A stretch of 64,000 nt of DNA from Chrysomallon squamiferum (lineage: Eukaryota; Animalia; Mollusca), in contig CM022678.1 of NCBI GenBank assembly GCA_012295275.1, positions 7,874,001 to 7,938,000 on the forward strand. Direction: 5' to 3'. The notes under the pieces are model-generated. The model ran no database searches. It saw nothing but the letters and a program-made list of their open reading frames with translations, and had not been told where the DNA came from. The position numbers and the translations under genes are program-made. Numbering within the stretch: the first letter of the stretch is position 1; the number at the start of each line of letters is the position of its first letter. Shown piece after piece: positions 38,976 to 51,200 of this stretch.

Positions 38976-40059
38976 TACAAAATGCCATTCAGTATGATAA
39001 GTGTTCATTCTAGTGCTTTGATTGTTTCTTTTCATAAAATCGAACATTCCTTCTTTATTTATTTTTGTTTTAAATTATTTGAATGTGCCTTAATGTTAAG
39101 AAATTGAAAACATTTCAGCAAGATTTTCCATTTTGATTATTGTTTTTAGGTAAGATGTAATATGTTTGATTTTGTAAATGTCAGGATTTAAAACAGTTAA
39201 GAAAAACAAATGTTTTTGTATTAAAAATATTTGTACTGCCACCCATTTAGGTAACATAACCTGGTTATATTTTATTGTTGGTCAAAAACTACTCAATTTG
39301 CATAATCTTACAATATCTTTCTTAAAATAAAGTATAAAAATTTGAATCTGAAAGCTGGAGAAATATTTAGAGACTATAATTCTTAAAAGCAAAGGGACTA
39401 TTTGAATTACTTTGTTGTCATATTCATTTCTGAACTTTTTACCAGATTGCCTCAAGTATGTATTAGGACCCCTGCTACTGTTGCTTAATTAAACAATTTT
39501 TTTTCTCCAGATGATAACTTGTGCAGGGCAATTGCTAGTTATGTTTACCAATTACACTATAACAAAACATGAGGTGCTAGATTTTTGTACAAACAAACCA
39601 GCTTTTATTTTCATTCACCTTGGAAACGTTAAATACCACTTTGTACTTCATTTTTTAAAGAGATAATTATTATTTTCTTTCTTTTGAATTATTATTGTCA
39701 TTAATTTTTTTTTTTTTTTTTAATTTTCTGTAATATTCCAATTATGTACATTTTTTTATCTTATTTGTTTTTTTATCATTTTTAAATTATTATTTTCTGT
39801 TTTCAAAGATTCCTTATTGAAATAATTCTATTATTCTTTCTAAAGTGGGAAAGGCAAATTATAAAAACTGACAGAAATGTCTAAACAGAAATAACTGAAT
39901 ATTTAAGTTTTATTATCTAGACAGGTTTTTAAGTAATTTCAACTTAAAGATCATCTTGTTTCTTCTAATCAAAAATAACAAAGCCATGACTAAAGCAAAT
40001 AAAATTTTAATTTAGTTAAGTTTCCTTTTTTTTTTTTTTACAAAACATTCTAATTTAGT

Positions 40060-41270
40060 AAACCTTCAATAAACCCTTGATTTTCCCATGATTTAAATAA
40101 TATAAAGAACTTTTTTTTTTAAATGTCCTGTTTTTTATATATATATATAAAAATAATTCTTTATTATCCAATTACACAATCTTCAATTATATCTGCATTA
40201 CCCACAGGAACCCTTGCTTTCCCTTAATTACATAATCTTCAATTATATTTACATTGATTATGCACAGGAAACCCTTGAATTAAAGAGAAAAAAAAGGTTT
40301 TGTTTCATTTTATTAAAAAAAAATTGAATTACCCTAATGACATAATTTTAAATATATTTATAAAATGATCACCCCCTAGCAAACCCTTGATTATCCCCTG
40401 ATTTAATTAATTTAATATAATGTAAAATTACCCCTAACCACATAATCTTCAATTATATTTACATTGATACTCACAGCAAACCCTTGATTTAAAAAAGTTT
40501 TGATTATATGTGTAAAAAAAAAAAATTAACTATCCCTAATTACATATTCTTCGATTATATTTACATTGATTACTCCCAGCAAACCCTTTATTTAAATAAT
40601 AATTTAAAAAATACTAATTATACCTAATTACATAATCTTCAGTTATATTTACATTGATTACTCCCAGCAAACCCTTTATTTAAATAATAATTAAAAAAAT
40701 ATTAACTATCGCTAATTACATAATCTTCAATTATATTTACATTGATTACTCCCAGCAAACCCTTTATTTAAATAATAATTAAAAAAAAAAAATATTAACT
40801 ATCGCTAATTACATAATCTTCAATTATATTTACATTGATTAAATAACCCTTGATTTCCCCAATTTAAATAATATAAGAAAAAAAAAAAAAAAGTTGATTT
40901 TTTTTTTTTTTTTTTAATAAAAGATTCTAAATACCCCTAATTACATAATTTTAAACATATTTACACAATGATTACCCCCCCAACAAACCCTGGATTTTCC
41001 CATTATTTAAATAATAATTAAAAAAGAGAAAAATGTTTTGTTTATTTTAATTAAACAAAATTCTAATTACTCCTAATTACATAATATTGAATTATATTTA
41101 TATTGGGTACCCTCAGCAAACCCTTGATTTTCCACTCATTTATTTGAGATTAAAAAAAAAAAGGTTGGTTTTTTTTTTTTTTTTTTTTTATATAAAACAT
41201 TCTAATTACTGCTAATTACGTAATATTAAGTACACTCCCAACAAAACACTTGAGTTTCCTCCAATTTAAA
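40060..41270. repeat. Degenerate AT-rich tandem repeat, about 11 units of roughly 90-135 bp
   Basis: Recurring ctaattacataatcttcaattatatttacattgattactcccagcaaaccctt; the best copies at ~40537, 40625, 40714 and 40806 have a period of about 90. Confidence 0.88.
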
Positions 41271-41289
41271 TAAGATAAACAAAAAAATA

Positions 41290-42870
41290 AGGTTGTCACA
41301 TTAATTTTAGCTGATTTACAAAGATGGCATTCCATAGCAATGATGAATCTCCATTCCTCTTTCAGTGAGAAAAATTAGAATAACCATGCACACATCAATG
41401 ATACAAACAGAGCAAGCTGCTATGAAGTACAATGTGTACACTGGATGTTCTGATCACATTGACATGCAGTCTCTTGGAGATCACTGAGTTTTCAAAATGA
41501 TTTCCCTTCTGATTTATTTTTCCATGATTTTCTCAATATTTATAAATTCAATTGAGACTGATTTCAGACAGATTTTCTCTTGAAAGTGTTGTACTTTCTC
41601 TGGACAGGGAAGACTGTGATGTAATAGCATTCTGATGTTCTAGTTAACCTTTTCCAAAAATGGGTCTTAAAACATTTTCAACTGAAGTGCTATGGCAGCT
41701 TGAATCTGTGTGTCTAGGATCCTACAACAAAATATAATATTCATTAATAAACATAAAATAAAGTGCAAGTAGTATTTTTGTTGTCAATATTTCACTGTCT
41801 TATCAAGTAGAATTTTAGTCCACATTTTTATTTTTTTCCACATTTAATTTTAACAAAAATAAGTTATTAAATGTTTTTATATTCTTAATTACAATCAGTT
41901 TAACATTATTTTTTTAACTTTTATATAAAAGGATTAAATTAATAAATAAAAGAGATTATGAAAAATATTTTTTAATATATTTGAATAATTTTGCAATTTG
42001 GTGCAATTTGATATTTACACTGTTTTAGTCTTTTAGTCCTGTTTAAGATGACTGCCAGGAATATTAAGTAAATAAACATTTTAAACTTATATAGTATTAC
42101 ATTAGACAGTAAGAAAATGGTCTTCTAATACTGAATCTACTTGAAATATTAATATACTAACATGATGAAAATACATTTGAGATTATTCTGACAATCAAAT
42201 TATAACAGCAAATTACAAATTTATACAACTGTTCTGTTCACTACTCTATTAGGCTAATATGCAAATTAGTACAAGGTTTGTTGGTGCATAAACTAGTATT
42301 ACATTAATTCTATACTACCTAAACTAAACATTTAAAATATCAAGCAAATAGCATGCTTTCTGAAACATTTATATAAAATTATCAATACAATTGTACATAA
42401 AAATAAATTGTCAGCATTCTTGATTAAATTCATTCTTAATGAAATGAGTTATAAAACACCAAAGTGAATGAATAAAACATACCTTTATAGCAGCTTTCAA
42501 TCCACACATAGACATGGAACTTTCAGAACCTGGACCAAAACAAATTAAACTCATTCTTAATTAATTAAAATAAATAAAATAAAACAATAGCCGTATAGAT
42601 TATATTTTTAATTAAAAAACAACAACAAAAAAAACCCCACAAACTACTACAACAAAAAAAAAAAGAAAATTATAGAACTTTCACCTTATAAATTGTCTTC
42701 TTTAGTGTTGAAATATAAAAATGCATTTTATTTTCCAATCATATTTAATAATAAATTTTCTATGAATAATTAAGAAATTTCATAGAATGTTGACTAAGGA
42801 TTGGTTAATGACATTACCAAAATACTTTTTCACTGCCATTAACTGTTCCTGAAATTAAATAATTATTTTT

Positions 42871-42907
<37 letters not shown>

Positions 42908-43930
42908 GAAAACAAAAACCCCAAACATAATGCCATCCTTAATTAAATACATCAGTTACAACAAAGATATGAATAAATTCTTAACAGCGTTCAATTCAGC
43001 AACAAATAATTTACTTTTTTTTCTTACATAAATCTGAATTAACAGCCTTTCTGGGAATTTTTATAAAACACAATCAAGAAATGAAATACTGTTTTTTACA
43101 GATTTTGTTTTATTTTAATTATTATTATTCTTGTTGTTCTGGTGGTGGTAGTTGTTGCTGTTGCTATGCTTCGAAGAGTCACTTTTGCAAATATGCCAAC
43201 ATATTTTATATTGAAATTCTACTTTGTCGAATGTTTTTTAACAAAGCAATTAAACAAATCAATTCAAAGAGAAAATGAAAAACATCGTAACAGCTCAAAG
43301 CAGACAACTGAAGTTAAGAAGGTTCAAATTTGTCCACGTATTCGGCTGAGATGATGCAAATGGTCACAGTCAGATTTTATGATATTTGGCAGCGAGATTC
43401 ATTGATTTGTTTTATGATTTATAGAAAAAAAAAAGGTTGCTCAAATACTCTTTTTTTGGCAACCAACCCATCATTTTTTTTAACATCCCAGTCACCCAAA
43501 CAGAACTTTGGTAGCATTTGGCAACTGGCCATTCCTATGTACATATGTACTTAAACACATTACTGTTATTTATTATTATAAAACATACTGATACCGCTTA
43601 CTTCAGAACTGCGCTCTGTTTTATTGACTTCCTCTGTCTGTCTGGTAACAGTATCAGACGAATTTGTCATCTTCAGGTTGTTTTTTCTGAAAATCACCTG
43701 CAAAACCCAAAAGAGATTTATTTTCAGCTTGCGCAATTAAGTTTGCAAAACAAGATTACTTATTTAGCAATTTTGGAAGTAAAACTGAATTAGCCACAAT
43801 TAACAAACTCAAAATAGTTTCCAGCTAATAGTTTGTTATATCTGTATTCACTGAGTGTATTTCTCTCTTTTGTTTCCTCTTTCATCTTGAACTTCTAAAA
43901 TGATCTTGCAGACTGTTTTGGCAGGCATTA
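41290..43930 (-). pseudogene. Possible decayed multi-exon gene remnant next to the Gypsy LTR
   Basis: AG/GT-bounded islands at ~43602-43697, 42483-42529 (SESSMSMCGLKAAIK|gtatgt) and from ~41722 (DPRHTDSSCHSTSVENVL..), with stops. Identity unknown. Confidence 0.35.
43440..43535 (-). mobile_element. Short terminal fragment of the hAT-like family seen at 8179 and 13717
   Basis: taacatcccagtcacccaaacagaactttggtagcatttggcaactggccatt resembles ~8110-8170. Confidence 0.65.
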
Positions 43931-44004
43931 TTTCTCATAAACAAAAAAAATTCAGAAATAAACATTAATGAAAGGCATTTAATCCCAAATCTAAACTAAT
44001 TTCT

Positions 44005-44204
44005 TCTTATATTTTAACACTAAAAGATAAAGTTCATTTCAGTTTCCAAACAATTTATTTCATTTCAAAAATGGCTACAAACAAAACGTAACACAAACTA
44101 ACACATGCTCCAGGTGATGTCATATAATACTATCTCCCTTATTCTGGTTCCCCTAAACATCATAAACTGTAACAATGTTAACCATAACACATTTAGATAC
44201 AACA
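44005..44204 (-). repeat. 3' LTR, with PPT gagggaaggtag at 44205-44216
   Basis: Aligns to 48051-48240. The plus strand ends acaaca and its terminal TG reads TC. Confidence 0.9.
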
Positions 44205-44457
44205 CTACCTTCCCTCAAAATTTTCAATTTACCCACAAATTATGTTATATCTAAAATTCTAAAATAAGTTTGTGTGATTTACTAATTAGTAATAATTAAA
44301 CAACTGAACTTTGAACTTAAAACAAATAAAATTCTTTTATTTTTATTTTTTTCCACTGGACACCATAATAGTTTTCCATATTACAAAGATTCAGATTAAC
44401 CACTTTAAATAGTTTCTATCAGTCTTTGAGTTATTTTTCTTGCACATCTAGGATATC

Positions 44458-47400
44458 TCAGGTAGACTGTATTGGTAGCTGTGGTACAAAGTCAACAGTA
44501 TCGTCGATGGCATTAGAAGTGACCGTTCTGTTTTTCATCTCAGTGTCTTCCACCTGAACAGTTGGTTCAACACATTCCATTTCAGACTCAGCACCAACTG
44601 CAGACAGTTCTGTGGAAGTGTTCCTATTATCCTCCAAATACGCACATTTAAGAAGTTGATCCATATGTCTTTTACACACAAAATCTTCAACTTTCACTCA
44701 GTAGGTAACAGGCCCTAGCTGACACAGTACTTTTCCACTCATCCACTTGTCAGATCCTCTGCAGTTCTTCACTTGTACTGAATCTCCAACATTGAACACC
44801 CGTGTTTTACTTGCTTTTGGAGTAGTTCTCTTTTTAACAGATTCTCCAAACTTGGACGCAAGATATCCAATCTCGTTCAAAGACGTCTGCCAAGAAACAA
44901 TTCTGATGGAGTACATTTTGTGGAGTGTTCCGATACGCAATAAAAGTAATGATGAAATCTTCTGGTTCATGGTTCGTGACTCATGTTCAACTGTTTTCAT
45001 TGCAGTTTTGAAAGTACGAACAGCTCTTTCTGCCTCACCATTTGAACTTGGATCGTATGGAGCTGATTTGATGTGTTTCACTCCATTTTTCTTAAGAAAT
45101 GTTTCAAATTCCTCTGCAACAAACTGAGGTCCATTATCAGAAATCAACTGCTCTGGCATTCCATAACTTGTAAAGAGAATTCTCAATGTCTCTACTGCAT
45201 GCGTTGCTCTGGTACTGGACATTCGAAAAACTTCCATCCATTTAGAATGTGCATCCACCATAATCATGAACATTTCTTTCATGTTAATTCATCGTTAATT
45301 CATCTTCCACTCTGAAATAAGGTAACAGCTCCGGTGAAATAGAAGACTCTTTTGGCCATCCATACATGTTATAATGTACAACCCGAGATAATACTTTGTC
45401 AACTTCAGTTGCTTTAACAATATTTCTTGCAGTGATAGGTAATCCATTGACTTGATTTCTGATTGCTTGCTTGTCTTCATGCCAAAACACACTTTCAGAT
45501 ATTTCTTCAGTTTGCAGAAGTGGTAGTCGGGACAGTGCATCAGCATTTTCATTTTTGGTAGTTTTTCTGTATTTAATGTCAAACTGATATGCAGCTAACT
45601 GAATAGCCCGACGCTGCAGTCAAGAAGCTGTAAGAACAGAAATATTCTTTTTAGGTCCAAGAATCATTGTCAGTGGTTTATGATCTGTGAACAAAGTAAA
45701 TCTTCCACCATATATACTGATGGAACTTGTGTATTCCAAAAATTATTGCCAGTGCTTCTTTCTCAATCTGGGAATACTTGCGTTCTGCTGATGTCAGAGT
45801 TCTAGAAGCGCCTGCTATTGGCCTATATGATCCTTCATTTCCATGTTATATTACCGCTCCAAGACCATGCGCAGATGCATCTACTACCAACATTACTGGT
45901 TTCATCGGGTCATAGTGGACAAGAATTTTAGATGATGCTAACAGTTTTCCCACTTTGGAAAATGCTTGCTGACAATCATCATTCCATCTCCACTCTGTAT
46001 CTTTGGTTAACAACGCTGTTAGCGGTGCCACCACTGTTGACATGTTGGGTACGGACTTGCGATAGTAATTCACAATACCTAACCAAGATTGCAACTCACT
46101 CTTGTTCTTAGGTTCAAGCACTTTCAGAATAGCTTCAACTTTTCTTTCAGAAGGTTGAATCCCATTTTTCTTCACAATAAATGCAGAGTACTCAACTTCA
46201 TCTTTCATCAATGCACATTTGGACCTTTTCAGTTGAATTCCATATTTTTCTAGGCGTTTCAAAGTGTTTTTCAAATGTTTCAAGTGTTCGGTGTCATCCT
46301 TTCCAGTGACTATGATATCATCCAAAATGTAACCTACACCTTTTAGTACTCAGGCACTTCCAACACAGGATCTATGGTAACCTTGTAATCGCCACAAAAA
46401 GCGAATGGTACTGTCAGGTTTAAAAACAGGTACAATAGGAGAAGCCCTTTCAGAAAAATCTACTTTTTCTAGAATTCCTTCTGCTTCAAGTCTGTGAAGT
46501 TCATCAGCAATCTTGTCCTTCAAAGCATAAGGTACTGGTCTAGCCTTTAAAAACTTTGGAGTAGCATCCTCTTTCACTTTCAGATGAGCTCTTATGCCTT
46601 TTACTGTTCCCAACTCAAAACTGAATATCTACTGAACAAATCTTCAGAGTTTCCACAGGCTTTCATAATCTTAATACTCTTTCCAGTCCAACTGAATGTT
46701 TTGGAACCAATTCCGTCCAAACAAAGTTGGTCCATTTCCTTTCACCACAATTAACGGTAAAAGTTTTTTCTGCTTTCCATATTTAACAATTTGCCCAAGG
46801 ACTGGCACCACTTCATCTGTATAAGTTTTCAACACAATCGATGTTGATTTCAATGGCACTGTTTTCTTCCATTGTTCCTGATAAGTCTTATTAGAAATTA
46901 TCGATACAGAAGCACCTGTATCTACTTCCATTTTGAATGGCACACCATTGAGTTCCAATGAAATTTGAATTTCTTTCGCTTTCGTAGATTTCACTGTGAA
47001 AATTGACTGTTCAGAATCACTGTCATTTCTTTCCATTGCAACCTCTTTATTTTCAAGAACAGCTTTTATCATTTCCGATTCAGTTTCGTTACTTCCAGAT
47101 TCTTCATGAATCTCATGAATTTTTAAACCTGTTTCATATTCAGCATTTTCAATTTCCGAATCACTGGTACCACCTTCTGATTCCGTAAGGTCCCTATCAG
47201 AATCTTTATTCACAACATTCACTTTAGAATTTTTCTTTTTCAACTTTGCAAATTTCTTTTTTCCTTTTTCCATCTGTTTGCTTTCCTGTCTTTCTATTTT
47301 TTCTTTTGATTTCGACATTTTCTACTCAAATATCTCTTTCATTACACTTATAACAGTTTGCCTTTTTGTAAAAACATGCATCATGATGATGATTAGTTTT

Positions 47401-47987
47401 ACCACACCGGAAGCATTCAATGACAGAAAGTTTGTGGAACTTTTCCGTTTCTGACTTCATTCCAATTTTCAGCATGTTAGTTTCTCTAGCTGACATTTCC
47501 ATACTAACAGCTGTTTGCAAGGCTTTCCTCAGTGATAAATCATGTTCAGAGAGAAGTTTTTTCTGTACTGACTTTTCAGACAGACCACAAACCAAAATGT
47601 CTCTTAATGCTTCAGTCAAAAATGTAACAAATTCACAATGTTCTGTCAATTTTCTTAATTCAGCCGAAAATTCACTTACAGTCTCTCCGGGCTCTAGTTC
47701 CGTTGATAGAATTTGAACCGTTCCGCAATCACCAAAGGTTTTGGTTTGAGATGATTTCCTATCAAAGTTTTCAATTGTTCGTAAGTCTTACTTGCCGGTT
47801 TCTCAGGCGAAGTCAGATTTCGAATCAACCTGTAAATCTTGGCACCACATACGGACAACAAAATGGAACGTTTCTTTTCGGCATCGTGTACATCATTCGC
47901 CAGCAGATACTGTTCAAAACGTTCGATGTATTCTTCCCAGTCGGAACTTTCTAGATCAAACTCTTCAACTTTACCGTAGGTAGCCAT
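44458..47987 (-). pseudogene. gag-pol remnants of the Gypsy element
   Basis: Gag MATYGKVEEFD..WEEYIERFEQY and knuckle CFRCGKTNHHHDAC; protease VDTGASVSII; RT ASPIVPV and YILDDIIVTG; RNase H VDASAHGLGAV and [15 protein letters not shown]; integrase VDAHSKW, SDNGPQF, SSNGEAERAV. Many stops and frameshifts; the RT centre and the integrase HHCC region are absent. Confidence 0.95.
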
Positions 47988-48030
47988 ATTTCATAAATAG
48001 TTAATTTCAGGAAACAATTCAACAAATGTT

Positions 48031-48048
48031 ATCCCATCCTCGTCGCCA
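48031..48048 (-). other. Primer-binding site complementary to the tRNA-Ser(GCU) 3' end
   Basis: Minus strand TGGCGACGAGGATGGGAT lies 2 nt inside the 5' LTR; plus strand ATCCCATCCTCGTCG+CCA equals the recalled 3' end of metazoan tRNA-Ser(GCT). Confidence 0.9.
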
Positions 48049-48050
48049 AA

Positions 48051-48240
48051 TGTTATGTTTTATCATTAAAAGCTTAAAGTTCATTTCAGTTTCCAAAAAT
48101 TTTTTTCGTTTCAAAAATTGCTACGAACAAAACTAACGCACGCTCTCGGTGACTTCATATAATACTATCTCCCTTATTCCGGTTCCCTTAAACATCGTAA
48201 ACTGTAACAATGTTAACTATAACACCATTTAAATACAACA
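48051..48240 (-). repeat. 5' LTR
   Basis: tgttatg...acaaca termini (TG..CA), adjacent to the PBS. Confidence 0.93.
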
Positions 48241-51200
48241 GAAATAAAAGATGGAAATGATAGAAAGAAAAGAAAGAAAGATAAAAAGAAAAAAGGAAGG
48301 ATAGAAAGATAAGAAAGCAGGAAAAAGAAAGAAAGAAACGAAAGAAAATATTCAAACAACTTAAAAAAAGAACAAAAAGAAAGATTAAAAAAAAAAATAA
48401 CTAAAAGAAAGATTAAAACAAGGAATAACTAAAGGCAGCATTCTTTACAGCCTATATTCAAAATAAAATATAAAATCATTTATGGAAAGCATTGATCAGC
48501 AGTATAAAAATTACATACTGAATTTGTTCAGTTGATTACCGAGAAAGAAAGCAGAGAATACTAAATGACTGAAGAAAAAATAAATAAAAGCTTATGCGAG
48601 ATGCCTTCACTGGTATATATAGAGTGGCCTCCCTTATGCGAGATGTTTCACTGGTATATTTAGAGTCTACTCCCTTATGTGAGAAGTCTTCACTACTACA
48701 TTTAGAATCGCCTCCCCTATGTCAGATGTGTTCACTGGTATATTTAGAGCCGCCTCCCCTATGTGAGATGGGTTCACTGGTATACTTAGAGTGGCCTCGC
48801 CTATGTGCGATGTGTTCACTGCTATTTTGAGTCGACCACTTTGGTAAGATGAGTTCACTGGTATATTTAGAGACGCCACCCCTATGGGAGACGTGTTCAC
48901 AAGTGTAGTTAGAGTGGCCTCCCTTATGTGAGATGTGTTCACTGGTATATTTAGACTTCCCTCCCATATTCGAGATGTATTCACTGGTATACTAAGAATT
49001 GCCTCCCTTATGCGAGACGTGTTCACTACTATATTTACAGTTGCTTTCCCTATGTGAGAGGTGTTCAGTGGTACTTTGATTCGACCCCTTTTGTGAGAAG
49101 AGTTCACTGGTATAGTTAGAGTGGCCTCCCTTATGCGACATGTGTTCACTGGTATTAAGAAAATAAGATAGAAAACTCGAATACAAAAGCCTAATTAAAT
49201 AATCAGTGAGAGCAGAATGTTTAAAGTGATTAAAGTATTTCACAAATAAATAATAAAGGAATGGTAACACGAAGAAAAAAGAAGGAAGGATGGAACGAAA
49301 GATAGGAAATAAAAGATGGAAAAGATAGAAAGAAAGAAAGAAAGAAAAGAAAGAAGGAAGGATAGAAAGAAAAGAAAGAAGGAAAGAAAGAAAGAAAGAA
49401 AATATTGAAACAGCTTAAAGAATGAACAAAAATGAATAAAAAAAGAAAAGAAAAAACTAAGGAAACAAAACGAAGAGTGGTACTATTTAAACGCAGCATT
49501 CATTTCAGATTTTATTCATAATAAAATATAAAATCGTATGTGGACTGCATTGATTAGCATGATTAGAATTTCCATACTGAATTTCTTCATATGGTTACTC
49601 AGATAGAAAACAGAGAATACAGACTGGCTGAAGAAAAACAATCAAAAAAATAAAAGCTTATGCGAAATATGTTCACTGATATATTTTGAGTCGCTTCCCT
49701 TATGCGAGAAGTGTTCACTTCTATATTTAGAGTTACTTTCCCTATGTGAGAGGTGTTCACTGGTATTTAGAGTCGCCTCCCCTATGTGAGATGTGTTCAC
49801 TGGTATTTAGAGTTGCCTCCCTTATGTGAGATGTGTTCACTGGTATTTAGAGTCGCCTCCCTTATGTGAGATGTGTTCACTGGTATATTTAGAGTGGCCT
49901 CCCTTATGTGAGATGTGTTCACTGGTATTAAGAAAATAAGATAGAAAACTCGAATACAAAAGCTCAACTAAATAATCAGTGAGAGCAGAGTGTTTAAACT
50001 GATTAAAGTATTTCATAAATAAATAATAAAGAAATGGTAACACGTAGAAAAAAGAAGGAAGGATGGAATGAAAGATAGGAAATAAAAGATGGAAAAAATA
50101 GAAAGAAAGAAAGAAAGAAAAAGAAAGAAGGAAGGATAGAAAGAAAAGAAAGAAGGAAAGAAAGAAAGAAAGAAAATATTGAAACAGCTTAAAGAATGAA
50201 CAAAAATGAATAAGAAAAGAAAAGAAAAAACTAAGGAAACAGAACGAAGAGTGGTACTATTTAAACGCAGCATTCATTTCAGATTTTATTCATAATAAAA
50301 TATAAAATCGTATGTGGACTGCATTGATTAGCATGATTAGAATTTCCATACTGAATTTCTTCATATGGTTACTCAGATAGAAAACAGAGAATACAGACTG
50401 GCTGAAGAAAAACAATCAAAAAAATAAAAGCTTATGCGAAATATGTTCACTGATATATTTTGAGTCGCCTCCCTTATGCGAGAAGTGTTCACTTCTATAT
50501 TTAGAGTTACTTTCCCTATGTGAGAGGTGTTCACTGGTATTTAGAGTCGCCTCCCCTATGTGAGATGTGTTCACTGGTATACTTAGAGTTGCCTCCCTGA
50601 TGTGAGATGTGTTCACTGGTATTTAGAGTCGCCACTGGTATATTTAGAGTTGCCTCCCTTATGTGAGATGTGTTCACTGGTATATAGAGTCGCCTCCCTT
50701 ATGTGAGATGTGTTCACTGGTATATTTAGAGTGGCCTCCCTTATGTGAGATGTGTTCACTGGTATTAAGAAAATAAGATAGAAAACTCGAATACAAAAGC
50801 TCAACTAAATAATCAGTGAGAGCAGAGTGTTTAAACTGATTAAAGTATTTCATAAATAAATAATAAAGAAATGGTAACACGTAGAAAAAAGAAGGAAGGA
50901 TGCAATGAAAGATAGGAAATAAAAGATGGAAAAGATAGAAAGAAAGAAAGATAGAAAAGAAAGAAGGAAGGATAGAAAGAAAAGAAAGCAGGAAAGAAAG
51001 AAAGAAAGAAAACATTGAAGCAGCTTAAAGAATGAACAAAAATGAATAAAAAAAGAAAAAAAAAAACTAAGGAAACAAAACGAAGCGTGGTACTATTTAA
51101 ACGCAGCATTCATTTCAGATTTTATTCATAATAAAATATAAAATCGTATGTGGACTGCATTGATTAGCATGATTAGAATTTCCATACTGAATTTCTTCAT

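Larger units (their letters stand above)
44005..48240 (-). mobile_element. Ty3/Gypsy LTR retrotransposon, Mag-like lineage, degenerate with internal deletions
   Basis: Two ~190-200-bp LTRs, PBS, PPT and domain order gag-PR-RT-RH-IN. Confidence 0.96.

Noticed and set aside
48031-48048. tRNA-Ser gene
   Set aside because: Only the 18-nt 3' end including CCA is present next to an LTR, so it is a PBS.
49620-49700. Hammerhead-ribozyme-like CTGAAGA...CGAAA in each satellite monomer
   Set aside because: A weak stem III can be drawn, but the A-rich segment between the boxes cannot form stem II and stem I is poor. An Infernal search with Rfam hammerhead models would settle it.
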